A stretch of 64,000 nt of DNA, taken from Octopus vulgaris. Lineage: Eukaryota. The stretch lies in assembly GCA_951406725.2 (NCBI GenBank), contig OX597814.1, positions 170,066,001 to 170,130,000 of the forward strand, given 5' to 3'. Positions within the stretch are counted from its first letter, which is position 1. Each line of letters starts with the position of its first letter. The translations under genes were made by a program, and so were the position numbers. The notes under the pieces were generated by a model. The model ran no database searches. It worked only from the letters and a program-made list of their open reading frames with translations, and had not been told where the DNA came from. Shown here in pieces: positions 26,080 through 38,618 of the stretch.

Positions 26080-26479
26080 TATATAAAATACACTTTAATT
26101 GAAATAAAGATTCCCCAAAATTAAGCAAATCTAATATAATAAATGTGAATGTCAGTGTGTCACACTTTTTCAACTATCCTTTCTACGGAAAGCACAAGAT
26201 TTTGGGGAAAAGAATTAAGTTGATTGCATCGACCTCAGTACATAACTGGTACTAATTTCATTGACTCCAAAAGGATAAAAGGCAAAGTTGACCTCGGCAG
26301 AATATGAACTCAAAACCTAACGGCGGACGAAAACCCATTACATGCAGGAGCTAAAACCTGAAGTCTGTGACTGCAGACGTCCAGAAGTGCCTAACTCCAA
26401 GAAGTCCAGATCTCACTCTGTGGGGTTACATTCTTCAGGTTTTAGCATGTAATGGGTTTTCCACAGGCGATGATTCAAT

Positions 26480-26878
26480 TCTTTATACATGGATGGAAGC
26501 ACTCCATCGATTACGACGACGAGGGTTCCGGTTGATCCGAATCAACGGAACAGCCTGCTCGTGAAATTAACGTGTAAGTGGCTGAGCACTCCACAGACAC
26601 GTGTACCCTTAACGTAGTTCTCGGGGATATTCAGCGTGACATAGAGAGTGACAAGGCCGGCCCTTTGAAATACAGGTACAACAGAAACAGGAAGTAAGAG
26701 TGAGAGAAAGTTGTGGTGAAAGAGTACAGCAGGGATCACCACCATCCCCTGCCGGAGCCTCGTGGAGCTTTTGGTGTTTTCGCTCAATAAACACTCACAA
26801 CGCCCGGTCTGGGAATTGAAACCGCGATCCTATGACCGCGAGTCCGCTGCCCTAACCACTGGGCCATTGCGCCTCCAC
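26480..26878 (-). mobile_element. tRNA-derived SINE (7350 family head, longer body)
   Basis: CCCTAACCACTGGGCCATTGCGCCTCCAC end matches family head. Confidence 0.85.
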
Positions 26879-26879
26879 A

Positions 26880-27355
26880 CTTTATACATAATTTTTATGT
26901 ATTGTATGTCTTGTTAATCCAGTTTCACAAGCTGCTTGACATGCTGATTATTGTGGGCTGCGATTAAACATTTCTTGCACTGCTGCTACGTTCTCCGCTG
27001 CTCTGATTGGGTTGGACGGCCACTTCTTCTTGCATCGTTCACAGAGCCTGTGGTCATCAGCTTTGCATGACAACTTTTTATCGTCTCCAAACTTAGAGTT
27101 GCATGCTTACCTTTCCATGCACGCCACCATCTCTGAACCAAAACAACAGAATTCCATACTTCATAGTGTGCTGCTATCTTAGCTCACTCCTGAACAGTCA
27201 AGCGACCAGCCATCTGGAAAATAAGAAATAAAACAATAAGAAAATACGAAATCCCCATTAGTGTTGTCTGTTTAAAAAATTTTTCGTCAGGACTTCGGTG
27301 ATGCTAAAAATTTTATAAGCAATTTCTAATGCCTAGTTACTTTCCACCCACCCTG
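26880..27355 (-). mobile_element. Mariner-like transposon 5' end (TIR plus N-terminal HTH)
   Basis: TA-CAGGGTGGGTGGAAAGTAACTAGG terminus; MAGRLTVQE*AKIAAHYEVWNSVVLVQRWWR...MTTGSVNDARRSGRP. Confidence 0.75.
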
Positions 27356-27362
27356 TATATAT

Positions 27363-27407
<45 letters not shown>

Positions 27408-27490
27408 GGTCCCGGGTTGATTCGGGGTTAACCACAGTAAATAAGGTACTCAATACATAGCAGAGTAAAATTAATTTATTATATAGAAGG

Positions 27491-27541
27491 AGCTTCTACA
27501 GGACTAGAACTGTTTCATTCAAGAGAAATCTTCAGGAAGCT
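27491..27541 (-). ncRNA. Type I hammerhead (unit C inverted arm)
   Basis: Reverse complement of 30636-30686. Confidence 0.75.
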
Positions 27542-27723
27542 AGTTAACAAGAATTGTATTGGCATTTATACATTTAGGCAGGTTTAAAGGGGTGGTGGTG
27601 GGGGACTTTTTGGGGGTAGGCATAGCGCAAAATATCATACTTGGGGGAGTGGTCAAGGAGTCAGTGGTAAATTAGATAAAAGAATAAATAAAAAAATAAA
27701 AAAATAAAAAAATAAAAAAATAT

Positions 27724-28047
27724 ATGTCAAACAGCTTTAAGACCCGTTGGTACGCACACACACACTCGTTCCGGCGACAGGATAAATCCAACCAAACTAC
27801 CCTCGCCGCCCACATCTGGTACCTTAAAAGGAACTCAATCCCCTTCAAGACCAAGTGGAAACTACTACAGAAGGCGCGCTCGTACACAGGAGGCCATACC
27901 TGCTGTGACCTCTGCATATCGGAGAGCCTAGAGATCTTGTTCGCCAAAGGCCCTCTCCTTAACAAAATCTCAGAACACTCCCCAAATTGCATGCATAAGA
28001 AGTATGCGAACTACAAGAACTATAGACCTACCCGGCAACCAGATTGA
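27724..28047 (+). CDS. GIY-YIG endonuclease C-terminal half (truncated)
   Basis: SFKTRWYAHTHSFR...QTTLAAHIWYLK...KWKLLQKARSY...CDLCISESLEIL...LLNKISE...CMH. Confidence 0.85.
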   Translation: MSNSFKTRWYAHTHSFRRQDKSNQTTLAAHIWYLKRNSIPFKTKWKLLQKARSYTGGHTCCDLCISESLEILFAKGPLLNKISEHSPNCMHKKYANYKNYRPTRQPD

Positions 28048-28232
28048 TGACACCCCACCCACAAAACCCCCCCAATCCCACCGTTCCCCTAGCACCCCCG
28101 ATTACCTTTTCTCCTAAGACCTTTCACATATTGTATGTGCACGCTTGTATATGTGTATCGTATATATGTATAGAAATGTATGGGTATAGTAGGAATATAC
28201 GCATGTATTATGTGTGTGTGTGTATGTATGTA

Positions 28233-28271
<39 letters not shown>

Positions 28272-28273
28272 GC

Positions 28274-28304
<31 letters not shown>

Positions 28305-28692
28305 TATATGTATATATGTATATATGTATATATGTGTGTATGCATATGTATGTGTATATGTATGTGTGTATGTATGTGTATGTATGTATAAAATATTATA
28401 TAATTAGGGCTTAGTAAAATAAATTACTTTGCCACATACTGAACTTTCTAGAAATAGCAGCCAAAAAAGTTTTTTAGCCTCTTCCACTACTTAGAGAATA
28501 TTTTCCCTCAGACATTGTTTACTCAAAATAATAATGGTCCTTTTACATACTGAATACTTGGTGAAATTGATTAATAACTAATTAACTTTACCCTCAATTG
28601 TCGATATATGTATGTGTGTGTATATATATGTATATGTATATATATATATGTACATGTATGTATATGTGTATGTATGTATATATATATGTATG

Positions 28693-28761
<69 letters not shown>

Positions 28762-29626
28762 ATATGTGTATTATGTATATATTTATATATATATATATAT
28801 ATATATGTATATGTATATGTATGTGTGTGTGTATATGTATATATGTGTATATATATGAGTGTACGCGAGTATGTCGATGTATATGTAGGTATGTAGAGTT
28901 ATGTGTATGTGCATGTATGTGAGTGTAGATACAAATTGTAGATGTGTATATATATATATGTGTGTGTATATATACATGTATATAGGTATATGTATGTGTG
29001 TGTATATATATGTATATATATGTATATATATATATATGTATATGCGAGTATGTAGAGATATAAGTATGTGCATGTGTATGTGTGTGTGTGTGTATATATG
29101 TATAGGTATGTGTATGTGTATGTATGTGTATATATATGTGTGTGTGTATGTATGCATATATGTATGTATGTATGTATGTATATGTGTATGTATATATGTG
29201 TGTAAGTGTGTGCATATATGTATATGTAAGTGTGTGTGCGTGTATGAGTATGTATGTATGTTTGCACACATGTATATGTGCGTGTGTGTATATATGGATG
29301 CGCGTGTGTGTGTGTGTGTGTATGGGTATGCATGTACATGTGTATGTGCGTGTATGTGTATATGTGTATGTATGTATGTGTGTGCGTATATTTGTATATG
29401 TATGTATGTATATGTATGTATGTGTGTGTATATATATATATATGGGTGTGTGTATGTGTATAAATGTATGTATGTATGGATGTATGGATGTATGTATGTA
29501 TGTATACGTATGTATGTGTATGTGTGTATATGTATGTATGTGTATGTGTGTATATATATGTGTGTATATATATTTGTGTATATATATATGTGTGTATATA
29601 TATGTGTATATATATGTATATGTATG

Positions 29627-29657
<31 letters not shown>

Positions 29658-30060
29658 TTGTATGTAGGTGTATATGTATGTGTGTATATATATATTTATT
29701 GGTGTATATGTATAGACTAGCCTTCTAAGAGTGTAGACATGAATCTGTAGGTACGCGTACGTATGTGTATATACGTGAATGTATGTAGATGTATGTATGT
29801 ATGAATATAACGCGTGCGTGTATGTGTATGAGTGTACGAATGAGTGAGTGTACGTGCTAATGAGTGTGCGTGCGTGAATGAGTGCTTGTTTTCAAGTAGA
29901 CAGATAAATGGACTTGCTGTCATAGCCAAGATCCTTGGGACCAGCGGTCAAAGATAACAAAAGTAATAAATGAAGATAATAAAATTAAAATTAGGGAACG
30001 GGTCTGTATTTGTATGTATATATATGTGTGTATGTGTAGGTATGTATAGGTACACATATG

Positions 30061-30093
<33 letters not shown>

Positions 30094-30635
30094 ATGTATG
30101 TGTATGTATATATATGTGTGTATGTGTATATATGTGTATATAGGGACTAGTGTGCTGTGTGTGCATGTGTGTATGTGTGTATGTATATATATTTTTCTGT
30201 GTGTATATGTATGTGTGGTCGTGTGTGTATATATACATGTGTGTATACGTGTATGCATGTGAGTGAGTGTATGTATATATATATATGTGTATGTGTAGAT
30301 ATGTATATGTATGTGTATGTGTATATATATGTATATGTGTATGTGTGTATATATGTGTGTATGTATATATGTATGTATGTGTGTGTATATATGTATACAT
30401 ATGTGTATAGGTATAAGTGAGAATCTCCTTATTTACCTAAAACTCTATTCTTTTTTTTATATATACTTTTTATTTTTTTATTTTTTTATTTATTCTTTTA
30501 TCTAATTTACCACTGACTCCTTGACCACTCCCCCAAGTATGATATTTTGCGCTATGCCTACCCCCAAAAAGTCCCCCACCACCACCCCTTTAAACCTGCC
30601 TAAATGTATAAATGCCAATACAATTCTTGTTAACT

Positions 30636-30686
30636 AGCTTCCTGAAGATTTCTCTTGAATGAAACAGTTCTAGTCCTGTAGAAGCT
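30636..30686 (+). ncRNA. Type I hammerhead (unit C sense arm)
   Basis: agcttc-CTGAAGA-tttc tctt gaat-GAAA-cag ttctagtc ctg-TA-gaagct. Confidence 0.75.
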
Positions 30687-30697
30687 CCTTCTATATA

Positions 30698-30812
<115 letters not shown>

Positions 30813-30909
30813 CATACATATATATATATACATACATATACATATATATATATACATATACACACATATATATATATATACATATACATATATATATATA
30901 CATACACAC

Positions 30910-30961
<52 letters not shown>

Positions 30962-31719
30962 TCATGCACATGTATGTACATGTGCATACATATATACATA
31001 CATAAATACATACATATATTCTTCATTTTTTTATTCTCTTACATATTTCAGTCATTTGACAGTGGTCATGCTGGAGCACCACCTTAAAGGTTTTTTGTCA
31101 AAGAAATATATATATATATATATATATACACGACAGGCTTCTTTCTGTTTCCATCTACCTAATCCACTTACAAGGCTTTGGTCAGCCTTGTGGTTGGGAA
31201 GCAAGCCTCTTATTTCTTTACTGCCCACAAGAGGCTACACACAGAGAGGACAAACAAGGACAAACAAACGGATTAAGTCAATTATATCGACCCCAGTGTG
31301 TAACTGGTTTTTATTTAATCGACCCCGAAAGGATGAAAGGCAAAGTCGACCTCGGCAGAATTTGAACTCAGAACGTAGCAGCAGGCGAAATACTACTAAG
31401 CACTTCACCCAGCGTGCTAAAGTTTCTGCCAGCTCACTGCCTTGGGAAGCAAGCTTCTTACCATACAGCCATGCCTGCACCAATATATTTATAAATAAAT
31501 AATGACAGATAATGTTAGATATCTGAACTCATTGTAATCACAGCTGCAATGATACTACGATACTATAAGGCTACCTGCAATGTTTTAAGTGAAAGTTCTT
31601 CATGGTGGTTTTCAAGCTTCCACGATGGTGCTCCAGCATGATCGCAGCCACATGATTGAAACAAATAAAAGAATATAAAAACCTCTGGTCTATCAGGAAT
31701 CACTGCTGAGATCTTTAAG

Positions 31720-32045
31720 ATATCTGGTGGAGTAGGATATGCACTAGCATAGCTAGAGTGTGTGCCACCCAGGTGGACCTTCAGTTTGTCAATCCTGGGC
31801 CCCCACAACAAATACATATTGCCTACAGTAGACCAAAAAGTGGTGCCATCTCCATAAAAGTGCTATCCAGGGTGGACTGTCTCGTCCACCCCTGTCTAGC
31901 TATGCTAATCGGGATATGGCCTAGTCACACTTATATTTAATTAAGTTGAACAGGAAAGCATCATACTCAATGACTGGAACACTTGCTTATAAGGCCATGT
32001 ACAGGAAATAGGGTATGGCCATAGAAATTATTACAGACTCAGTTT
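31720..32045 (+). mobile_element. Possible highly decayed LTR-retrotransposon integrase fragment
   Basis: PPQQIHIAY and KAMYRK*GMAIEIITD resemble Gypsy integrase motifs; weak. Confidence 0.3.
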
Positions 32046-32430
32046 TTCCATGCAGAAAGAACAATAAGGTAACTTAGCAGCAAGAATCAAAACTGGCTGC
32101 TCTGCTGAAAATGGATTCTGGCTGAATTGCTTAGACTGTATGGGGAAATTGGAAATTAGTGGATAAAAAAAAAATCAATAGGATTATAGAAACAGCTTCT
32201 TTATTAGTCCAGTTATTTTTCAATATTATTGATTTTTTAATGAAATTATTGAATGGTAAAAGTAAGGCAAAGGGAGAATTCATGAGCCATTAAAATAACA
32301 AACTAAAAACTACTGTGTGGAAGTTTTGATAGATTTTTATCTAGAGTTGCATGTTATTTAAAATATACCATATATGATATGATATAATATATATATAGTG
32401 ATATACATATATACATATATATATATAGTG

Positions 32431-32580
<150 letters not shown>

Positions 32581-33040
32581 ATATGTATATGTATGTATGT
32601 ATGTATGTATAACGAGAAAGGGTTGAAAATCCATTAAAGTTTTATACATATATATTTGTGAGCTTCAATAATGCAAAATTTTATTTTTTAACACGAGGGA
32701 TAAACATTTTATCCACTTGTTTACATATATAAAGGTAGAAGTACAAGAACATGTTTTCACATAACAGGTGTTTTCATAGAACAGTTTTAGCGAAAATATA
32801 TTAGTGTATGTTTTTACAACATGAGTTTTACACAGACAACACATAAAGAGAAGGAAGAGAAAGAGATGACGTTACTTTTGCATAAAAAAAAAGTAGGGAA
32901 AAAGTTTTAGTGAATAAATTTTTGTGTATGTTGTAGCCAAAAGAAGTCCATAATAAAAGAAAACTATTTAACTCACCAGGTCACAGTTTTCACTGTTGTT
33001 CAGGTGTTCTTTCATTGTATCTAAAGACCATACATACATA

Positions 33041-33840
33041 CAAGGTGTTCCAGAAAGATTTATGCATTAATATTTCTTGATTATTCAAAATTAGCTTAAG
33101 TTAGGATTATGAAATTTGGCATGCATGTTCTAATGTAAATTGTCACTCCATTGCAGTGATTACATTTCAAAATGACCACCTTTTGCCTTGATCATAGCCT
33201 GCAAACAAGAGATCACTGAGTTGCATGAGCATCATACCACATCTTCATCCACCTTGGCCTATGTAAACAGAAGGGCTTTCTTCAGATCTGACATATTTGA
33301 ATAGGAGTGAGCAGAAGCATCATTCTCTAAGATGGACCAGACAGCAAAGTCCAAGGGATTGATGTCTGGACTTGAGGGAGGCTATACTGTATTGTCCCAA
33401 AAACCACTCTTTGCACCACCTCTGTGTCAAATTGGATGTGTGGGCCGGAGCCCTGTTTTGAGTGAAGTTGTAATGGTCCCCAGGGGTTTCTGTGACCCAG
33501 GGTAACACTTTCTCATCCAAAATTTCCACATAAACTTCAATGTTGACCTTGACATCGGCATTGATGAAGATCAAGGGAGACTTAAACCCATAAGATGCAA
33601 CTGTGGCCTACACCATGAGTAAAGCTGGCTTCTGACAGTGTAAATGACTCCTGCTACCTTTGGGTAAGTCTCCTGCATTACGTGTATAAAGCCTTTTGCT
33701 CTGCGTGTTGGTAACTACCTCTACGGAGAAGATCTCATCAGACCAGATCAACGCTTTGCTAGCATCATGCTTCATCTCAGCTAACATGGTTTTACCCCTG
33801 TTGAGCCATTTCTTCTTGGAAGCTGCTGAAATTAACTACT
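33041..33840 (-). mobile_element. Mariner-like (DD37D/maT-type) transposase relic
   Basis: SPLIFINADVKVNIEVYVEILDEKVLPWV...FTQNRAPAHTS..TQRWC; PSSPDINPLDFAVWSILE. Confidence 0.8.
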
Positions 33841-33879
33841 GGGATTGTTTGTTTTTTGTATGCAGTTAGCTTTAAATTC

Positions 33880-34266
33880 TGAACACTATTGCAGGATGGT
33901 AGGAACCTGTGTTATTGTAAAACAGCTTTCCATTTGGTTTCCTAAAGGGCTTACAGGCACCAGATTCAATGTCCATGGTCATGTCAAGGAAATCTGCTAT
34001 TTTTCAGGTTGGTGTCTATTGTGACCAGTCCAAGGGAGTTCATGTTGCTCATGAGGTCCTTTCTGAGCCTATCTAGTATGTGGTCATTGCCAGCACATCA
34101 TCTCTGTAAAGGCCAAAGGTAGTTGAAGGGAATTTCTTTTTTAGTATATTGAGGATGAAGAGACTAACTAGATCACATACATCAGCACTGTAGAATGCAC
34201 CCATTGCTACATCGAAGAAGCCCTCTGGGTCAGTACATCTGGCCCGAGCTGACCCCTTACAGAAGA

Positions 34267-34267
<1 letters not shown>
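33880..34267 (-). mobile_element. Older PLE reverse-transcriptase fragment
   Basis: EGFFDVAMGAFYSADVCDLVSLFILNILKKKFPSTTFGLYRDDVLA. Confidence 0.85.
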
Positions 34268-34309
<42 letters not shown>

Positions 34310-34360
34310 TTAGTGAATTGAAGAAATGGAGTTGAACGAAGATTGAACAAAAATCGTTTT

Positions 34361-34450
34361 ATTGCATTCTACACGTGTTTCGAAAGGCACAATTTACCAA
34401 ATTCCGATTGAATAAGAGACCATATTGTGTCTTTCTCTTCAGGAAGAAAT
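34361..34450 (-). ncRNA. Type I hammerhead (unit B sense arm)
   Basis: ttc-CTGAAGA-gaaagacacaa...ttgtgcctttc-GAAA-cacgtg-TA-gaa. Confidence 0.75.
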
Positions 34451-35016
34451 AGGAAATCCGTTGGAAAAAACAAAAACAGAACAGAGGCGGAGCAAAACAA
34501 ATCGAACGAGGCTCCTAAGAGCCCATGGCCAAACTGTTTATCAATGTATGTTGAAAACTGGTGGTGGGTGCGTTGAAGGTTTTAATGGGTCAGGCAGCGG
34601 TCATTCCGGTGGGTGGGGGCATGGGGTGCTTAGATGTTCTTTGTGACCGAGACTAAAGTTCTGACTATTTAAAGAATATTAGGTGTATTATATGGGGCGA
34701 GACAAAATCTACTTAGAAACATGTGTGTGTGTACTGTTCTATGTGTTCGTATGTGCGTTTGATCACGTGGCCGTCAGTTGGTAAACAGCCCTACACAATG
34801 GTCACTGCTGTAAAATCCGTCGGGTGGCAGAAAAAAATTTTTTTTGTGTGCGTGTGTTCGTCTAAACCTGCCTTGTCAAAGAAACCCCCATTCGTCAAGA
34901 CAAACCCCCATTCGTCTCCCAGGAGTAATTCCCCTTGCAATGGTTAATCATATTTCTCTTAAAAGGGCTATTTTCATATAAGTAGTGTAACCGGGCGCAG
35001 GTATTATTTATAAGCG

Positions 35017-36366
35017 TTATTTATAAGCAAGATAAGTATAGCGCCGCCAGTGGGGGCATCGAAAAGCCGACTGTAAAAGTCCGTTTACCATCCGGTCTCT
35101 GGCGAACAATATATGGAAGAGTTCGGAGACACAAAGGTTGCACTTCCTTCTGCCCCTGTCAAATGGGAGGGCCACCGACAAAATTGACCATTCCAGGCTG
35201 TAGCTTGAGTTCGTATTCTTCAATCGCCATATTAGCTTGCTAAGTCCCGTGGTCTGGCATTTATTCACGTCTCGAAAAGTTGCGTAATGATTGGAGATTC
35301 GTGAGGACAATCTTGACAATGAGGCCCCGACATAAGAGTAGACATCTGAGTCCGTGTAAACCTTACATTGGTAGATGGCGTTTCTGATCTTGGAGTTCAC
35401 CGACGTGAACCTTATTCTATTAGGATTAGTTTCTGAAATTAGAACTGCGTTACTGTTACTATATTTGTTGCGAGAACTGCAGCCGCTTTCTACTTTATTT
35501 TCCACTACGTCACTATTAACTAACGGAATAACCCCTGATTCTACACTATCACTCAGAGTGCTGTCATTGCTAGTGCCCGTGGTGCTGCCATTGCCGGAAA
35601 CGATGCTGGAGTTGCTATTGGGGCTCTCTACCCTAGCGAGCCGAGCTGCGCTCACCTCACTACTGCCATCGCTACCGTCAATGACATCACCCTTATTTAT
35701 AACTATACCCCTAGTATATAATCCCTGGTTGGAGCTGAGATTATGAGTCACTGTACTGGCTCTCATATCATTATTACTACTATTATTATTCCTACTGGGC
35801 GTTAAACCGGGAGCGGAAGAAGCTGTGCCTCCGGAAAAAGGTGGTAGGGTCTTAGTAAGCAGCCTATTATTATGGGAGGCGACTATCTGGGCGAGGTTTT
35901 TAGTGTTGGAGAAAGCTATCCTAACTTTATGCGAATTAACCGTGGAGTAATATTTGGAATTTCTGGGGAAGTTATTGGCGATGGCTTGTCGAAACATGAG
36001 GGGGAGGTTAGTTCTAATCTGCTTACCAAAGGGAATTACAAACCATATATGCTTGTTCCTATTTATGTGATGGGTCGTGACGCCAGCTCTCGCATTCGGG
36101 TGGGTGATTCTCGGATGAATAACGGGTTTTGGGTTAGTGTGAGATCCCCCGGACCGATAATTATCCTTGTTTGCTAAATTAAATGCGGGAGCGACTGCCC
36201 CAGCACCCGCCGCGCTCCCGTCACTACTTAAATTATTAATGTTATTATAGACGGCCCTATCCTGATGACCGAATGATGGCATCGGAAGGGCCGGATCAAT
36301 ATAAATTACCTTCTGCCTATAACCGGCCTTGGATAGTGCGGCGTTATAAAATTCCGCTTTCTGCAT
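35017..36366 (-). CDS. PLE thumb-end/linker plus GIY-YIG endonuclease, no RT
   Basis: FYNAALSKAGY, HIWFVIPF..IRTNL..NFP..VRIAFS..IVASHN, NAIYQCKV..SYVGAS..RISNH..TGLSKLIWRLK..LEWSIL..CNLCVSELFHI..MVN..CPH. Confidence 0.88.
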   Translation of the reverse strand: MQKAEFYNAALSKAGYRQKVIYIDPALPMPSFGHQDRAVYNNINNLSSDGSAAGAGAVAPAFNLANKDNYRSGGSHTNPKPVIHPRITHPNARAGVTTHHINRNKHIWFVIPFGKQIRTNLPLMFRQAIANNFPRNSKYYSTVNSHKVRIAFSNTKNLAQIVASHNNRLLTKTLPPFSGGTASSAPGLTPSRNNNSSNNDMRASTVTHNLSSNQGLYTRGIVINKGDVIDGSDGSSEVSAARLARVESPNSNSSIVSGNGSTTGTSNDSTLSDSVESGVIPLVNSDVVENKVESGCSSRNKYSNSNAVLISETNPNRIRFTSVNSKIRNAIYQCKVYTDSDVYSYVGASLSRLSSRISNHYATFRDVNKCQTTGLSKLIWRLKNTNSSYSLEWSILSVALPFDRGRRKCNLCVSELFHILFARDRMVNGLLQSAFRCPHWRRYTYLAYK

Positions 36367-36623
36367 AAAAATATCGCCCCATATAATACACCAAATATTC
36401 TTTAAATAGTCAGAACTTTAGTCTCGGTCACAAAGAACATCTAAGCACCCCATGCCCCCACCCACCGGAATGACCGCTGCCTGACCCGTTAAAACCTTCA
36501 ACGCACCCACCACCAGTTTTCAACATACATTGATAAACAGTTTGGCCATGGGCTCTTAGGAGCCTCGTTCGATTTGTTTTGCTCCGCCTCTGTTCTGTTT
36601 TTGTTTTTTCCAACGGATTTCCT

Positions 36624-36713
36624 ATTTCTTCCTGAAGAGAAAGACACAATATGGTCTCCTTATTCAATCGGAATTTGGTAAATTGTGCCTTTCAAAACAC
36701 GTGTAGAATGCAA
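36624..36713 (+). ncRNA. Hammerhead copy in unit B inverted arm, G12 mutated to A
   Basis: CTGAAGA at 36632; GAAA reads AAAA at 36694. Confidence 0.65.
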
Positions 36714-36919
36714 TAAAACGATTTCTGTTCAATCTTCATTCAACTCCATTTCTTCAATTCACTAATAATATTAAAATTCAATTATCCGCACCAACGCACG
36801 GTTGCAACACCATATGGTTGTACCTCCAACCGTGCTGTCTTCTGCTGTGATTTTTGCTACCAAGGTATCGGTTAAACCTTTGATTAATCTGCAACAAGAT
36901 TATTCATCTTTCTATTTCA

Positions 36920-36971
<52 letters not shown>

Positions 36972-37765
36972 TACAGATCTAATAATGAGGGATCATCAAT
37001 TTGGGCAAAATATTTTATAAGCTCTCTGTTGGCACACCAGGCTGTCATTATTGTTGAGATTAGTGAACAACTCCAAGTATTCTTATGACAAGGTCCAAGT
37101 TTATGGTTCATCACAATTCTGTCATTCAACTACGGTAGTAGTTGAATAATATTCTTGAGGCCACAATTTAGTCACATACAGCATCTTTCAGAGCTTATCC
37201 ATAATACAGGTCTTAACTAAATTGAAAACTGTTAACATTTTTTAAGAGAACTGGTCCCTAGCTACATTTTAGCAGACAAAAAATGAGATTTGGTCCAGTA
37301 GAAAAAAATTTACATCAAAATTTGTAGCAATGTTATAGGAGAGTAAGTAACGCTACCAGTCAAGTTTTGATCTAAATAACCTTTTTTTTATTTTTAAAAA
37401 CAAAGTATTTTTTAAACTTTGCTTCAAAGAAACCATGAAGAATTTCATGGTTTTGGCCCCATGCAACAAAAATTTGTATCAAAAAGTTGTGAAAAAATAT
37501 AAGGCAAAAAATTGGATTTAAGGAATTTCATGGTCTCAATCTTATGCAATGAAGTTTTAAAAAAAAAAAAGTGATGAATGTTTGTTTCTCAAATTTGAGG
37601 GTAATAATACAGTTTTATACTGTTTTATGAATATAGTTCTAAAAGGGATTTTTAATTATGTCACCGGTATCATTGAGTTAAGGAAAAAATTATCAATGAC
37701 ACCCCTAATTGATATATTTGACACATTATTAATTAGCACAATAACATGGCCTGGAAAGAACATGG

Positions 37766-38618
37766 ATTACATGGAAAAATGCGAGCTTGAGAAATGATAT
37801 TCTTAAGATTATAAAACCGGAAAAGTACAGGACAACATTTTACACTTGTAAAAGTTCAGGACAAGTTATTACATCTGGTAAAGTACAGAACAAGAAAATC
37901 TTTACTTAGAATATTACAGTTAAGGATAAAATTTGAATAATAAGAAATATTTTATTTTAATTTACAAAGTAACATTATAATTAAAAAAGATACCGTCATT
38001 GACACACTGGAATACTTTAAAAAATGAAAGTCAGAAATACCAACATGGCTAGTTTTATGCAAAATAGAATAGTATAAATGGTAGGCAAATTCATTATGTG
38101 AAAAAATAGGCATTGGGTCAAGCCAAAAATGTGAAGACTTGGCAATGACTTAGGCAATAACTCAAGCAAATTTTGCTGTGAATTTGTTGTTATAGGTAGA
38201 TATTACTGTAATGTATAAATAATTTTTGTATTATTCTATTTACTGTACTAATTATGTACTACTACTATTTTTATAACCTATTTTCAAATTTCTAATTATT
38301 ATTTAATAATTTTTTTTAAATGAATTTTTTTTAAAGTGCAAAATATATTTTGGGCTATTTTTTATTTTTAATAGAAGTAACAAGTAATAACTTGTAATAA
38401 AATTTTTAGTTTTAATAAAAGCAAATATTTTCTAAATCTAAATATTTTAGTTGAAATTTTATCCTTAGTTGCAATATTTTAAGTAAAAGTTTTCTTGTTA
38501 CTATACCAGATGTAAAAACCTGTCCTGAACTTTTCCACATGTAATAACTTGTCCTATACTTTTCCAGTTTTATAATCTCAAAAATATTATTTCTCTTGCT
38601 CACATTTTTTCATGTAAT
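37766..38618. mobile_element. MITE/foldback with ~170 bp diverged TIRs
   Basis: GATTATAAAACCGGAAAAGTACAGGACAA...GTTCAGGACAAG vs CCTGTCCTGAACTTTT...TTGTCCTATACTTTTCCAGTTTTATAATC. Confidence 0.6.

Larger units (their letters stand above)
34306..36924 (-). mobile_element. PLE unit B: open 449-aa GIY-YIG ORF, ~395 bp inverted arms, (TA)n-flanked
   Basis: Arms 34307-34700 / 36374-36768 (about 6 differences seen); TA runs at 34268-34305 and 36925-36970. Confidence 0.92.

Noticed and set aside
34425-34646. ORF duplicated in both arms of unit B (and similar arm ORFs in C and D)
   Set aside because: Consequence of the inverted repeat; antisense to the ribozyme strand and has no recognisable domain.
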